A stretch of 64,000 nt of DNA, taken from contig JADIIX010000123.1 in NCBI GenBank assembly GCA_027604505.1, positions 1 through 64,000 of the forward strand, given 5' to 3'. Positions 1 through 14,000 of the stretch are shown here, one piece after another. Position numbers and translations under genes: made by a program. The first letter of the stretch is position 1. Every line of letters begins with the position of its first letter. The notes beneath the pieces were generated by a model, which did no database searches, was not told the origin of the DNA, and saw nothing but the letters and a program-made list of their open reading frames with translations. This DNA comes from Gonapodya sp. JEL0774. Its lineage: Eukaryota.

Positions 1-1020
1 CGCATTTTTGGTTGCCTGCCTATCACGGCAACGCAGTACTCTGATGGGAGCCTATCTTGAAGGCATTATAGAATGCAGTGATTGGTTCAATTGCAAGATT
101 TCTATACGGCAATCCGATTTTTCGCACAGCGAAATTGAGTGGATCTATGTAGCCTTGACGCTCAGGAAAGTTGTTTGGAAGCGTGTTGAGGAATATTACG
201 GCAGAGTACCACATCGATCAGCGGTTTATCAAGGAAACAAGCGAGACAACGCTGCCTTCATTGCAGGCACTTCATCACATTCAGTTCGTTTTCATGGTAG
301 TTGTTGGGTTCGAAGTTATGTCAATTCAGATGCATCCCACTCAAAATCAGCGATAAGGATGGAAACGACACAAATCCGTCCCCTCCTGAATCCACTTCTT
401 CGAATTGCTGGCGTTAAGGATGTGAAGTCGCGAACTTCATCGGTTATGTTTCTTCTCGAGGGACTGAAGAACATGGTCTTCAGTTTCAGTCTCGTTATAT
501 CTACGGACCCATTGCGCAGTACGATTGAAGGTCACTACGAACTAACTCTCAAATATGATGGCTGAAATCCTGTTTGGCTACCGCAGACACTTGATAATGA
601 AAATAATGAACAGAACGAGAGGACGAGTAACGGCGTGGTAACTATCCTGTGACATGCGAACACATCTCTTCCTACCAGTTCCTTTCCCGGTCTCCCCCAG
701 GTCCACGGTCTCGATCCGAGCGTAACAGTACTGAATGCCACAGACACGTTTGAGCTCAGTGTCCTTGCGTAACGGACTTATTCTGTCATCGTGGCCGACG
801 CACCGAGACGATCCGTTAACGTTTCATGTGATCTCGGCATACTGGAGGATACTGGCAGCGGAATACTGCCTGATTTTGTAACGAGCAGACCGGCGCAACT
901 CCACAACAGGGAGCCAATTGCTCCGATTGAGGCAACTCGCCAGCACATGCCCGCAAGGCCTGCTCGGCGTTTGAGTAAGGCGCATTGGAGCGTGAATGAA
1001 ATGTTCTTGATGCAGTGAAG
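1..1020 (+). pseudogene. Possible degenerate ankyrin-repeat gene relic (5' partial)
   Basis: Ankyrin-like fragments appear only across frameshifts and stops: AFLVAC/YHGNAVL (about 2-42), SDKDGND (about 349-369), GRVTAW*LSC (about 621-650), LNATDTF..RNGLILSSW (about 731-795), QGANCSD*GNSPAHA (about 907-950). There is no clean ORF. Confidence 0.3.
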
Positions 1021-1144
1021 ATGATGTACATTACACGGATTTCTATAACTGGCGACTTTCTAGATTCTCGGAGATGCTATTGCGAGTGAACGACAACCGC
1101 TTTGCTGATATGGAAGCGCGTTTGGGGCTGGATTTTTCTTGCAT

Positions 1145-3580
1145 CTAAGAGTCGAAAATGGGCCCAAAGCAGGGCATGTGGTTCTGTCTGCATATTTCCA
1201 TGATTTCAATTGTACCTCGAGGATTTGACGTAATGAACACGACTTTCCACAAGCAAGCAAAGCCAGGAAGGAAATAAGATACCGGAAACTGCCTCTAGTT
1301 TACCGATTTCACTCACCCTCAGCTCCGATTCTCTTGTAAACATCTTTCAACAACTGTGCGGTATCGGGTCTCCTCCCCGTCTTCTTGGTATCTATGATGA
1401 TACGCCGTTCGGGGGCAATATTTTTGTCGATCAATTCGAAAAGGGGCTCTCCGAATGTCGCTTCCATGTCGGAAGCGATCCAGATCAAGAAGTACCGAGG
1501 GTCTTGCAGCGGTACTGACAAGGATGCACCGATGCCGGATCCTGTGCAAATAGCAACTCCGCGGGTGAACATGTGACCGAGGTAGGAGATACCCGCGAAG
1601 CGCATCGTTCGGGTCCACAGGTGTGTCGGGCGGTCGCGAACAAGGGCGCTGGTCCAATTGCCTTGAACGCCGACAGCCATGTCTGGTAGAGATAACAATC
1701 AACACATACTCTGGAAGCAATCATTTTCATCATCTGTCACAAAACTCACAGTGGCAGTCAGCGTTTGGACCCTCTCCAATGATGCCGAACGCGTGCCACT
1801 GGCTCAAAGCATGATCGCGAGCGACTCGGCCGAGAAGGCCGTTCTTTATACCGCCCTCGAACTTCAAAATTGCAGCTTTGCCATTCGGGCCCTAATATGA
1901 TCGTTGTAATTTTTGCGGTTATCGATGGTGCATGATTTGGTGAGCAAGAGGCCCTCAAACTATCGGCCTCGAGTGGTTCTCACCGGGATGACCTTTACAG
2001 GGATCCGTCGAACGGTTGTCCATGGAATAATGAGACTGGCAATAGTCGGGTTTGGGTTGTGGGTGAGGTACGCGCCAGGAATCGTGTGTCCCGCCCCTCC
2101 GAGCACTCACCAAGCCGTTATCACAATCGAGAACCAGAACTTGGCGTCCCGTACGAGAGCTTGACCAGACGAAATGTCGCCCGCATTCCCCAAGAACGCG
2201 TTCAAGAAGACGTACGCCCACAGACACGCGATACTGAACCAGCCGCACCAGCGGTGGTGGTACTCGAACACTCTGTAATACACGATGCGCAAACGCATAA
2301 GAAGCAAGTTGGGGACATTTGCAAGAGACCGAGGGAGTTGAAGGGATACTTACTCGTGGAAGCGGTAACGTACAGGTGCTTGAGCAGTCAGTATGATGAC
2401 GAAAGTAACACTGGCGACAATGAGGGAAACGACCCTTATCGCAGTGTGCACCCCTTGGAAAGAAAAGGCCAGGTACACGGAGTACTGTGTCACATTTTGA
2501 GCCGTGAGATGGCGGATCACCTTGCATCTCGATTTGCAGAGGAATGCTCACGATAAGCCATGCGAGGGCAGAGAGACCTCCACCCGAATGAATGCCACCA
2601 AACGACATGAGTAAGAGCACGACGCCCGCTCGAATCCACACCGGTATCCATCTCTTGAGCTGAATATCGAAACGGAAGAAATCACCGTTAGCATTGCCGC
2701 GAAAAAGAACAGTCTGAAAAGCCGATGTGACGTACACTCCCGATACCGGAATTGGCCATAACGAACAGTCCTCGAAGGAACAGCTCGTTCCGGAAGACGA
2801 CTGCGATGAGAATGTTACCCAGCGCAAACGATGGTGCGTTCATCTTCCCGTACGCAAAGCGGTCGGTGGCTGCGAGAGATAACAAGACTGCGTTCAGGGC
2901 TACAGTGAGGACCCACAACTACGAGTTTACATAAAGCGTGAGGTGCGAGAAGATCAATCGTGTTGTAAGAAGATGCATCGTAAACTTCAAACCACATTCG
3001 TTTCGGTTCTTTCACAAAGAAAGCTCACCCTTTTATATGTGTTAAACCAGACCCGGAAGTTGGTGGTTTTGGAGATTCGAATGTTGCTCTTTTTTACGCC
3101 TTTGCCGAGGAATGGGATGACGTATCCATCCAGAGGCCCTCCCACGAATGGTTTCAGCTCTTGACAGGCTCCTTCAGTTTCGGAGTTTTTCTCGACCTGC
3201 GTGGAATGCTGTTTAGGAAGCTTTGACTCGACATCTGTATCGTGCCAGTACGACGGAATGGAGTATCCTCGTGCAGAATTTTGTCGCAAGAGATGATGAT
3301 GATGTGAGTCAATGTTTTCCTCATCGTGCAGATCTTTGGACGCCCAGAAAGTCCATGGAACTCGGTCAGCTCCAGTTGGGTGTTCAGGATACTCGATATC
3401 CTCGTCGACGTTGCCCTCTTCGTCATCAATTGACATGAAGGACGACCACAACCCTTCTCGGGTATAACTGTAGTCTGGAGGTGGATGTGTGGGGAGCAGA
3501 GGCCACGCTGCGTTTGATTGGAGCGTTCTCCATCTTGCATTTTCCATCGAGCGTCGCGGAGAAGGCGTTTTCTCATCCAT
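1145..3580 (-). CDS. TmpA/TmpL-like membrane flavoprotein (ferric-reductase-like TM region plus FAD/NAD(P)-binding domain), multi-exon, no adenylation domain
   Basis: Spliced motifs FGGIHSGGGLSALAWL, VFEYHHRWCGW, EWHAFGIIG, GNWTSALV, ICTGSGIG and C-terminal VFITSNP...FGPIFDS*. TAG at 1145-1147; likely ATG at 3578-3580. Confidence 0.85.
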
Positions 3581-4801
3581 TCTTTGCGAGCGCGAGTTGT
3601 GATGAACGATTACGCGTCGCCCCAAGAGCTTTGCGTTTATATTTTTGGAGCGAGAACTGTTAAAGTGTTGGAATATACATGCTGTACATGCGCTCGTCCA
3701 GGTACAACTGTAATCCCGAACAGTCCCTGGCTCCGCTGTGTCGGCACCCAGGACACCCGTCTGTGTTTTGTCCACACCAATTATTTGCGCGCAGACTTAT
3801 TCTCTAGTTGCTTACATTATATTCTTGAGCGTGCCCCGGCGGTGGGAAGGCGGCAGAAATCTTGCTCCCCCACTCACCAAATAGTTCATCTGCAATTGCA
3901 CCAAAACTTGTTTCGTCCGAGAATTATCAATATCTGCGCTCCAGCCGAGCGTCGAGGTATAGCCTCTCCATATTATATTCAGAATGATGTGTGGGGTCAT
4001 CGGGATATATGGATGGAAGGAACAGGTAGGCACAGGTGACAGTTGAATCCGCTTCCCATCCCCATACTTTCAGCCCGCCCATTGAACACCATGAGATGCA
4101 AACCATCGACTTATAGTTCGGGACGGGTGTTCTTTAATTTCCAACTCAACCTGAAGTATCGCGCAATAAATTTAAGAATAACCAACGTTGTCACATTTAT
4201 ACGACATGAAGGAGTTTGTGCACAAGCATTGTGGAAACAAGGACACCATAATGGGGAAGTTGCTCCGGGGGGAATTCATGCTAATAAGGAAGAATTGGTG
4301 GTATGCGTCTTCTTTTTGCTAATAGCATGAAAATGGACAGGGACATCAATCATTATCTTCAAAACGCATATCTCAATTGGGAAGCAAAAGCACTTCTGAA
4401 ACTCATTGCGTGGGGAAAGAGTACCACCCTGGAAACCTATCTTTGACATTCCATAATGCACTTAGTTTCTACATAGTAGCTAGATAATCTGTCGCTGGTG
4501 ATATCGTGAATCATTGGATGGCAGGAATGAAATCGTGAGGCCTGAGGTCGGATAATACCGCACACCTTCGGATAACATAATCTGCGCGGACGGAATTGTG
4601 ACGCGGACGAATCGCATTTATTTTGGCGTGCCAGAGAAATCGTCGATGTCGAACCGAAATTGTCCATCGCCTGCTGTATTTGAATCTGTGTGATTTGTGG
4701 TGAGCGTTCACGATGCAAAGAATCGTTAATCACCCTCTCCATTTAATCTCGAATGGACTTCCCCTTTGCCTCTGCAGATACTTTTTGTTCTGTCTGCATG
4801 A

Positions 4802-6057
4802 ATGTCTGGCTGGTGGCCTCATTTCAAGCGTCGAATCGGGGGGGAAAGGGGTCGAGATCGCCACGATGATCCTCCGCGGGACGGATCAGTGGATTCTGAG
4901 CTAAGCCATGACGAAAGTGAGTCGCAATTTTGTTGACCGAGGTAAATTTATGGACATTTTTGCGCAGATGAATTGAATCTGCCCACTTCATAGAAACGAC
5001 AGCCAAAGTCGGAACCGAGTCCCGCGACGCGAAACCCACGATCCCCTCCCGCATGCGCGAACAGCGCCGCCCTTCGTTGATTTCCTTTTTATCCTCAAGT
5101 AGCACCAAATCCAACAACTATCAATCAGACCCGGACTTGGTGCCCTATCGACCAATCTCGGCTCACTTCGCGGACTCGTACACCTCGGCCACACTCACCG
5201 CGATTCCCACTTTGGAAGAGTCGCTGCCACTCTCGAGGTCAGGTGCCTCTGATGTACGTAAAGTTCGTGAAATCGATTCCTCAAACTCTGCCCAAGTACA
5301 TCAAACACGGCGAGGGTCCTCGACATCCCATATCGCATCATCCGATTCCGACGACCCGCGACGTGTACCTTCTGCATCATCCATCTCGAACTACAACCTA
5401 CGAACAACAGATGGTGCGGACCATCTCAACCCAGAAACTGTTACGTCTTCGCGACTTCTAGCTAGGAATCACATTTCCCGCAAATCCCGCCACGTCGCCC
5501 CGTCTGGCTCCACTGTGGACCCGTCGAACCACCCTCTCCCACACCCTATCACGCTTCCTTCTGCTAATGCAAACTCTCTCAGTTCCCCTGAGCTGTCTCC
5601 GAGGAGTTCCCGCAGGCCCCACCGATCCTCCACGTCCGGATCCGACGTGGACCATCTGAAGCGTGCCTTGGCAGAGCCAATCACACCTCCACCTACCACT
5701 CCAAACTCTCCGCAGTTAGCACCCCGCCGGCGTCCCACCTCTACTCACGGCTCTGTGGAAACGGAGAGCACACCGCCACCGACGGAAGCCCCCTCACTAC
5801 GGTCCCGTTCCATGTCAGCACGGGCACCGGAGGTGCAAGGACATCGTACCAGTCGTCCCATGCCACGCCCGCCTTCCGAAAATATGGATAATGGCGGGTC
5901 TTCCCCTGTTTCAGCCCCCACGACCAATGTTCCCCGAGGGCAAGACGAAATCGGGCCCAGTCAATCGACTGATATGGTGCGGAAACGGAGAACTAGGACG
6001 TCGACCAAGAATGAAAATTCGCTGAAGGCTCGGCGAAAGTCGATGGCCAAGGATTGA
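4802..6057 (+). CDS. Hypothetical Ser/Pro/Arg-rich disordered protein (2 exons)
   Basis: ATG at 4802 gives MSGWWPHFKRR...SHDE. A GTGAGT donor near 4917 and a TAG acceptor near 4993 join in frame to the 334-aa ORF 5053..6057. Confidence 0.6.
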
Positions 6058-6420
6058 AAGGGACATATGTGCACGTAATTAGATGGACTGCAGTGGATAA
6101 TTCGGCTCAAATGACTTGTTCTGTGGGGTCGTGGACATACGTATGATGTAGAGGTGTAGTTTGTGTTTTTGGGCGTCCTATTGTCGCTCCAGTTTATGGT
6201 TTTTTTGATATTTTTTCCGCACGTTCAAGGAAGAAGAAATTATAGTAATGATGTTTCACCTAAAGTTCGTGTAGCCGAGGTTGTGAGCACTCAAGGCTCT
6301 TGCCCAATCGTTCCTTTCCCACTTCGAAGACGAACAGAACCCGACTGCACGCTTCGTTTGACACGGTTAATGTATTTCAAATACTTCAATTAAATGACTA
6401 TAGTCCCCCTAAAAGTCAGA

Positions 6421-7416
6421 TTACGCGTGATCTTTTTGGGAGAGGCCTTCGACGTGTGCCATGACCTGGGGAACCCATTGAGTGTTCAGCAAGACGATTT
6501 AACACACAAAGAGTGTTCAGCAACGTACTTGCGCCTCGAGCTCCTTAATCTTCTCCTTCTGCATGGGACCGTGTTTTGCTTCGTAGTCCTGGACGTGTCT
6601 AAGGGAGTTGAACACGGAATTGAATGGAAGTGAGCGATGGTCCCTGGTCCTGACCACACAACATTGCGAACTCACTTTGCGACCTCGTAGGAGACAAAGC
6701 CAGCGAGAGCAGCTTTCGCCCTGAAAGAATAAAATACGGGAAAGACCGTGTCAGTTCTCACGGGAGGTCCCAAACAAGTTAGATTTTCCTGGAGGCTTAC
6801 CCCTGGTGGTGAGCGGGGGGGAGGCCCTTGCCTTCGCGGTGCTCCTCGTACTTTTTGTAAGCGAGAGCTCCAGCTCCACCCTGAATTGAGTCGGAAGAGT
6901 GTCGATGAAATGTGAGTGCCACGATGAATGGGGAAGGGTAATATGGGACAGGCTGATAGATAACTCACAGCGATAGCGTCAATGAGGAAGTGGGCTAAGT
7001 GACACGATTCCAAGTTGAGAAAGGCATGTGAGATCCAAAAATGAAGTAATAATGGATAAGGGCCGCAACCAGACCAGATAGGCATGCGAAAGTAGGAAGG
7101 GATGGCGCGGTGAACGAAAGTCCAGATTGTGTGGTAATGAGTGGGTCGATCCGTTGTTGGGGTCGGTAAGCGAAATGCCGAAGCCGTAGAGAGTTCAGGA
7201 GTAGGAGCAATGCGGAGATTCGAGCAGGCAGGAATTTAGAAACAGAGAGAAGGATGACGATTCGAAACAGCGTTTGTGGGAGGAATGGCAACGGGTCGCG
7301 AAACACAGCAAAGTGAAGCCGATAAACGAAGGGCAAGAACAAGGGAGATGGGCGCGAACGGGTTAGCGGAGTAAGAAACAAGAATCTGGCAGGCAGGGGA
7401 AATACTGACAGGACAT
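6421..7416 (-). CDS. Small CipC-like (DUF3759) protein, multi-exon
   Basis: Spliced product HFLIDAIAGGAGALAYKKYEEHREGKGLPPAHHQGAKAALAGFVSYEVAKHVQDYEAKHG...KDHA* matches the CipC pattern (IAGA...EDH...G.P.SH..AK..LAGF...EV.K). TAA at 6421. Start is uncertain: ATG at 7416 followed by a long intron, or ATG at 7085. Confidence 0.65.
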
Positions 7417-8082
7417 GTTCAGGTTGCGAGTTTGAGTTTTCGAAGTTGCGGAAGTTTGCAAGTTTGAAATGAATGGGAAATGAACGGTTTTATACCCGAG
7501 GATTTGCCGCCGCGGGCCACCCAGCCAACGCCAAGATCCGCCCAAAAAAAAAAGACAAAACAAATGACACCAAAAATCCTCTGTAAAATATTGAAGATTA
7601 GCGTTGGCTGCTTTAGGAAAACGATCAATACGATATGCCGGTACGCGTTATCAGAAATTTCGCAAGGGGTTGGTTTGTTTGAGACAGGATCACACGGATT
7701 CATAAGAACTTTGCTGAGTCCAAGCTCCGTTGCTCACCTGGCTTGCTTTTTCCTGTTTGAAACACCGTCACAATAAATATGACTTCTCAAAAGTTTTGAT
7801 TTTGACCGTCTGTAGTTTTGGAGCAACACCAACCTTGGTTGGGTGCAGGCTCTTTGGGGTTGTGGCACTGGAAGTTCAAGACAATTTCACTATCACTGCG
7901 CTTTTAGCCCAGCAGAACAAAAACACTATGTAGCATTATTGCGACTAATCACTTTAAATAAACCAGAACTTATGATGGTGATGAATTGTGATGACGCCGA
8001 TGATGATGTTTGCAAAAACGCAAAGACAAATCAAACACTCATCTACCCACAACGAATGCTGGACTTCGCAACCACCAACTTT

Positions 8083-11000
8083 TCAGAAGTTGATCAGCTT
8101 CTTCAGCTTTTTCACATCGATACCCTTCGTCGCTGCCTCCTTCTTCAAATCATTCACAGCCCGCTCCCCCGCCGCTGCTGCTCTCAGTCGATTCTCAGTG
8201 ACTGAATCACCGTAGAGTTTGCACTTTCCGGGAACGTTCTGTCAAAGTCAAGGGCGTCACGAACGGGTAGAGGTGAAACCGGTCAGCGGTCATATCTTAC
8301 AAAAAGAATGATTTCGTTTCCGCCCGAGAAAACGTACCCCAAAGTGATCGTATCCAGATATCTGCTTGTCGCACACGTAGCACATGCCTGTTGGCCCCAC
8401 AAGAGGAATATATCATACCGCTTTAGACAACCCATCAAGGCGATCATTCCCACTCACATGTCGCGCACGTGGGGCACGTCATCTGTCAAAGCCAACGACG
8501 CCACCAATGACTTGTTGAGTCCGCGTTCAAAGCACATAACGAAGATGCGGGGCTACGCTCCCCTCCTCACCTTGTTGCAACCTTCTTCCTTGAAGTACTT
8601 GGATTTACATTTCGGACAAGTTCGAACCATGGCCTGAGTCATGGCCTCCTCCACCTTGTGCTTCAGTCCCAGTTCGTCATCTTCTTTCAGCAAATCTTGA
8701 TGTCCGGCCGGGCACACCACACACAAACAATCGATCGATGAGCGAGATCTGACTGACTGACCATCGTGTGTTCTCGGAACTTACCGTCGCACCGCTGTGG
8801 CAGGTGATTGTGCTTCCGGCACCGCCTGCACGATATCACTCGGCACGCTTCGTTAGCACAGTGGAAAAGCGTGTCTCGCTCTGGCGAGGTGGTCACTAAG
8901 CAAGGGAGGAAGCAAAGAGCGTAAGTCCCAACCTGAAAGACCTGCGAGACGATAACCACCCCCATAAAGTCACTCACTGATGGCACCGTAATCACAGAAA
9001 GGGCAACGCACGAGGGTACCGCTGACAAGAACTTTCGACTGAAGAAAAGAGTACGTCGCCCGAGATTGTAAGTTTGAAACCTCTGGACTTTCGCACTCAC
9101 GGCTGAGACGGATTCAAAAGCTCGTCGAAGCTCCTCTTCTTGACCTATTTGGCAGCGAAAGGAGAAAGTTCACTCAGCAACAGGTTGCTTGAATACTGAT
9201 CAAACCTAAGAAAGGACTCAGTCTGCTCAACTCACGAAGTTTGAGATATCCCTGGTAGGTCGCCTCGGGGAGAAATCGGCCTGCAACAAGCAAGTTCTCA
9301 AATACTGGACGAGACGTCGGCCTATTTCAAATACTTACGAATCTCCCATTCCGGAAACTCGTGCTTGCATTCAGCATCCGAGTAAATACACGGAAATGTC
9401 GTTTGCCCTGGCAAGTGTTCATACGAATCATTCACCATGATACCTCCTCGAAAGGTGATCCAAAATGACTCACTCAACCCGATCCTCGTCTCTGCGGCAT
9501 ATCTCGCACAATTCAAGCAGAACACATGACCCGCCGGGCACTCGCAAATGTCGTCTGGAAATGCGTGGTCGTCCGTGAAGCAACAAGAGCACTCCACAGT
9601 CGGGATCTCGAAATCCTCATCGTTGTCCATTTCTGTGTGAGGCTCGATCGATAGAAATGCACCGGGCATAGTAGGAGTGGAAGTGTGCAGAGGCAACGAT
9701 GGAAGCGGAGCCTCCGGGCGTCTGGTCGAGATGGTGCAAGTGGTCAGTTAGAGTGCGGAGAACGAATGCTTGATGGTGTGAACTCACGTCGCGCCCATAG
9801 TCCTGACAACTTCCTTGCCTTTTCCTTTTCCCGTCACCCTCTCGCCCCGCTTTGGATACTTACCGTCTGCTTTCACAACTTCTTCCGCAACGAGGCCCAG
9901 GTTATCAGCCTTCCCCATGTGGAACTGCAATCTCTCCAACAAGTAATCAGGGTCGGCTGCTGGAAACGACTCAGCAAGAAGATCGAGTTTGAGAATGGTA
10001 GAGGAGGGAGGGGGTGGTGTTGGTGCTCGCGGAGTCGGGGGAGGTGCGCTCGGTGGGCCGGAAGACGATGAGCCTGCCGGAGGGCCTCCTGGAACTGTGT
10101 TTGCACGAAGGGCGAAGCCAGTAGTTAAAGGAATGGACGCGGCTGGAGTTGGCTGATCGGGAACGAATACTGGAGGATTACTTGCTGGACTTAGATCCGT
10201 TGTGGGAACCGCTGTCTCAACCGGAACAAGACGGAGCATGAGGCTGTGAGAGAGGCGGATTGACAGCGGTGGAAGCGGAGCTAGATCCGGTAGGAGTGGA
10301 GGAGCTGTAAGCAGCTCTTCGTGCTCGTCAAGAGGTAAGCGATATGAGTGTTCGAGAGTGGGGTCTTCGAGCGGCAGGGCGAAATGAGAATGTCCTGGAG
10401 CCAATTTTATCTCATCTTCAACCCCAGAATGGAGAGGTACTACCATGGTGAATTCGATGTCTTCAGGTTCTTCTATATCAGCTATCGCGTCATTTATCGC
10501 TTCGGCGGCCAAATCGCGCGGACCGTCCGTGATGTCAGCAAGGTGAAAATGCTGGTCCTCGCGAGCAGGTGCAACATTCCCAATGGGTACATAGCCGCCA
10601 GTGGCGAGATTCTCCTCTACGGCTTGTTCATCACGGTCCAGAGGCACCTGTGCACCAGGTGCTGTGACAGCGACATGTGCATCCTCGGCTATCAAAACAT
10701 CGAAGTGAACTGGGTCCTCCTCCTTGAGTTTAGGCTCTCCCAGTTCTCTACCAAGACGGAGAGCAGTCCCACCTCCGTGCACATCATGAGCGGCGGGTGC
10801 ATCACCAGCGGTAATTATATCCTCTCCCGGCACCCGATCATCCTCCACCCCCAAAAGTTGACGTTCTCCCAATTCTAGACGATGATGGAAAGGTGCCTCA
10901 TCTCGGGTCGCCACATCGTCAATAGCAACTTTATCCACGAGGAAGAGAGCACCGTCAGGTACTACTTCCTCCACCACAGGACGAGGTCCCGGCAGTTCCG

Positions 11001-14000
11001 TACCTCGGTTTATAGCCCTTTCTTCTTCAGTCTTCACATCACCCATCCCGATTTCGACCTCTTCCGGTTCCGCCGCAGTACCACGAGACGTGCAGCCGAG
11101 GATTGGAACAAATGCGGATTGTTCATTCACATGGTCGAAGCTATGGCTTTCAAGTCGATTAGTGGCTTCGCGCTCATCAGCCGGTGGCGTTGGGTAGGCA
11201 GTAATGGCATTCATGAGTTTCGGGGCGGAGGTCGTAGGCTGTGTCGGTCCGTCCATCTCCACGCGCTCCTCCGCTCCATCCGCATCCTCTTCCCCAGTAG
11301 GACTTGGAATCCTATCAGCCGGTAATACTACTAACGCATCAGCGACTTCCCTTTGGTCTCGTTCCTCAGCTCTTCGATCAACTTTTTCCTCTCTTCGAAC
11401 CTCACCCATTACGACATGTTCTGGTTCCATGCCGCCTAAACCATCGACATGGGTTAAGGTGTGTTCCTCCGGTTGGCCTACATCACTTTCTTCATTGACT
11501 TCCTCAATGTCCCTCAACTCCGGATGGTCAAGAGTATCTGGCAACAATCCCGTCACTTGTCCTTGTACGGTCGCCGTCAATGGTGGGTCGTCTCCCACTA
11601 CTGCTAACCGCTCATCTTCCAAACCAAGAGTTGATCCACTCATCTCGATGTCTTCTCTTGGTGGAGTGACGTTGTAATCTAGACGGTCAACTTCCCCCTG
11701 ATTGGCCGATTCGATTCCCACGGGCGCATATTGTCGTCCCTCTTGAGCACCAACCGCAGAATGTGCAGGAATTTCCGATGGGATGTTGAACACGGTGTCA
11801 CTGGCAAATAATCCACTCCGGGGACCGTGATCGAGTTCAACAGGGAATGGAGGTGTCCACACTGCTTGTTCCATTGGTGGTGCGCTCGTCTGCGCTGCGA
11901 AGCCGTCCGTCACAGCAGCCACCGCTCTTGTCAAAAGCGATGGGTGGCGAACGAGCCGCCGTTCGACAGCCGATTCGGGATCGCTCGCAACGACGGGGGC
12001 ATGATCGTGCTCAGCAGGTTTCGACTCCACTTCTCCATCTAGATCCATCTGGAACCTGGTTTCCGCTTCTCCATCATCCACAGCTGGCGACAAGTGCGAA
12101 GATCTCGGTCGTGTCAGTGGTGATTGGTAAGCAAGCCGCACGCTGGTTGGTTGCTCCTCTCGTTCGAATTCTTCTCCCAAATGGGCCACGTCTGCCGGTA
12201 ATTCATGTCTTGTCTCATCTAGTGCCATCGACGGTATGATTACCACATCCTCTTGTCTCCTCTTCTCCGGTCGTGCCAGCGGGACACTTGCCGGTGGCTC
12301 TTCTCTGTCCGATTCTGCCTGAATCTGCATGATACTCGACGACACCTCTTGTACGGTGTCGACTGATCTCCCGGGCGTCGTATTTGGCAGTAGTTCCTGT
12401 TTCCTCTCTTCAGGTCGAGCTAGTGGCACGCTAGCCGGTTGATCTTCCGCACTCCACTCCTGTCGTGGGACCGCCACGCGACGAAGTGGCTCTTCCCTAT
12501 TCCAGTCGGGCCTGGCCAGTGGCACGCTCTCTGGCTGCTCAACGACAGCCGATTCCCTCCTCGAAGCATCCCTGACTCGGATTGAACCGGACCCTTTCGC
12601 CGACCTCACCCGCCCCACCGCACGTGAGCCAACCCTTCTCTTTCCACTGTCTGGCGGTCGCTTCCCGTCCCACTCTTTGACGATTTGCTCTGCCCACGTC
12701 GCCCACTTCTCGTCTTCATCCCCAATCGAACTGAGGGTGAGAGCGTAGTCCACCGTGCGGGAGGTGCGATACTCACGAACAAAGAGGTACGGGGGATGGA
12801 GCATAAGAAAGTGCGCTGATGGAGGTATCCGTGGGGGGTTGTCTGAGCTTGGTTGCAGTTGACGGGGCAGAGGGGGGAATTCTGAAGGAGGGATGAACGT
12901 TGAGTGAGAAGTACGAATGTGTGAAAGACAATCGGAATGTCCATGCTTCAAAAAATGCGAGTACGCTTCAATGAATGCGAGCGATGACCTGTCCCTGATC
13001 AAGGCATCCTCCCATTCTACAACATTCAACCTCACAGGCTCCTGGACAGGAAACTCACCTTGCCCCAGCGCCCTCATTGCTGCCTTCACATACACCTTGT
13101 CAACGTCCACCATTCCACTCACGGGCACCACCCTCGCCTCGCCCGTCTTCCCCCTCAAAAATGCCAGTTCCAACGGGTGGATGTGGGATTCTGAACCCGA
13201 CCCTGACGAGCGGAGAGCCGTGTCAGCGAGCATGGCTGGGAAAGGAAGAAGGGCAGATCGACTTTGGGGAGATGGAAGGGAGAAGCGGTAGACGGGTAAG
13301 TAGGTAGGGAGAGGTGTGAGTGTGCGGGAAGGTGGTTGGGACGGTGCTGGTCGGGGGGCAGAGGTCCCGAAAGCATCGGGATTCTCTCGCGATGAGGACG
13401 TACGCGGAGGAGGACGGTAAATCGGAGCGGTCGGAGCGGTCGGAGCGGTCGGCTTGATTCGGTTGTGATTCTCATGGGAATGAGCGTGTGAGGAAGACGA
13501 TGAGAGAGGTGGCAACGGTGCAGGCTTGTGCGAAGGATGGTGCAGTTGGACGTGTTGGTGCTGCTGCGGCAGTTCGGGATCCGCATTGTGTCGTGATCCA
13601 CCGAGCGTCTTGTGGTGTTCACGGGTTTGCTGTGGAGTGCCTGTGAGAGCGATTCGTGCCGGGTTGGGAATGGCCGACGGTACACGCTGTGGTTGGGCTG
13701 GGTAGCCTATCGGCATCGCTGGTAATGGAGTGGGCGTAGGCACCGGGGGACCAATAAGATGGTCTTGCCCCTTTGCAGAGGACATTCGCGGTGGTGGGCG
13801 TTTGGGCGGGATACCTGCAGAAGGAGCACCAAAGAGGGCTACCGGACCCTGCATAGGCACCACCAATGGTACTGGTATAGTCAGTGGCTCTGGTGTCACC
13901 GCAGGTGGCGGCTGTGGACTGTGTGCTATGCTGATGTTAGACTCCGAGGCAACTGCGATCGAGGGCGGTGGTCCACGGACGTCGCGGAAATCCAGTTCCG

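Noticed and set aside
1683..1709. Apparent 27-nt GT-AG mini-intron in the TmpA-like gene
   Set aside because: The upstream GTGAGT donor near 1749 gives a normal-sized intron (about 67 nt) and the correct frame (CHYMAVG).
13422..13452. 9-bp tandem repeat TCGGAGCGG, three copies
   Set aside because: Simple coding repeat (PTA)x3 in a low-complexity region of the RBR gene.
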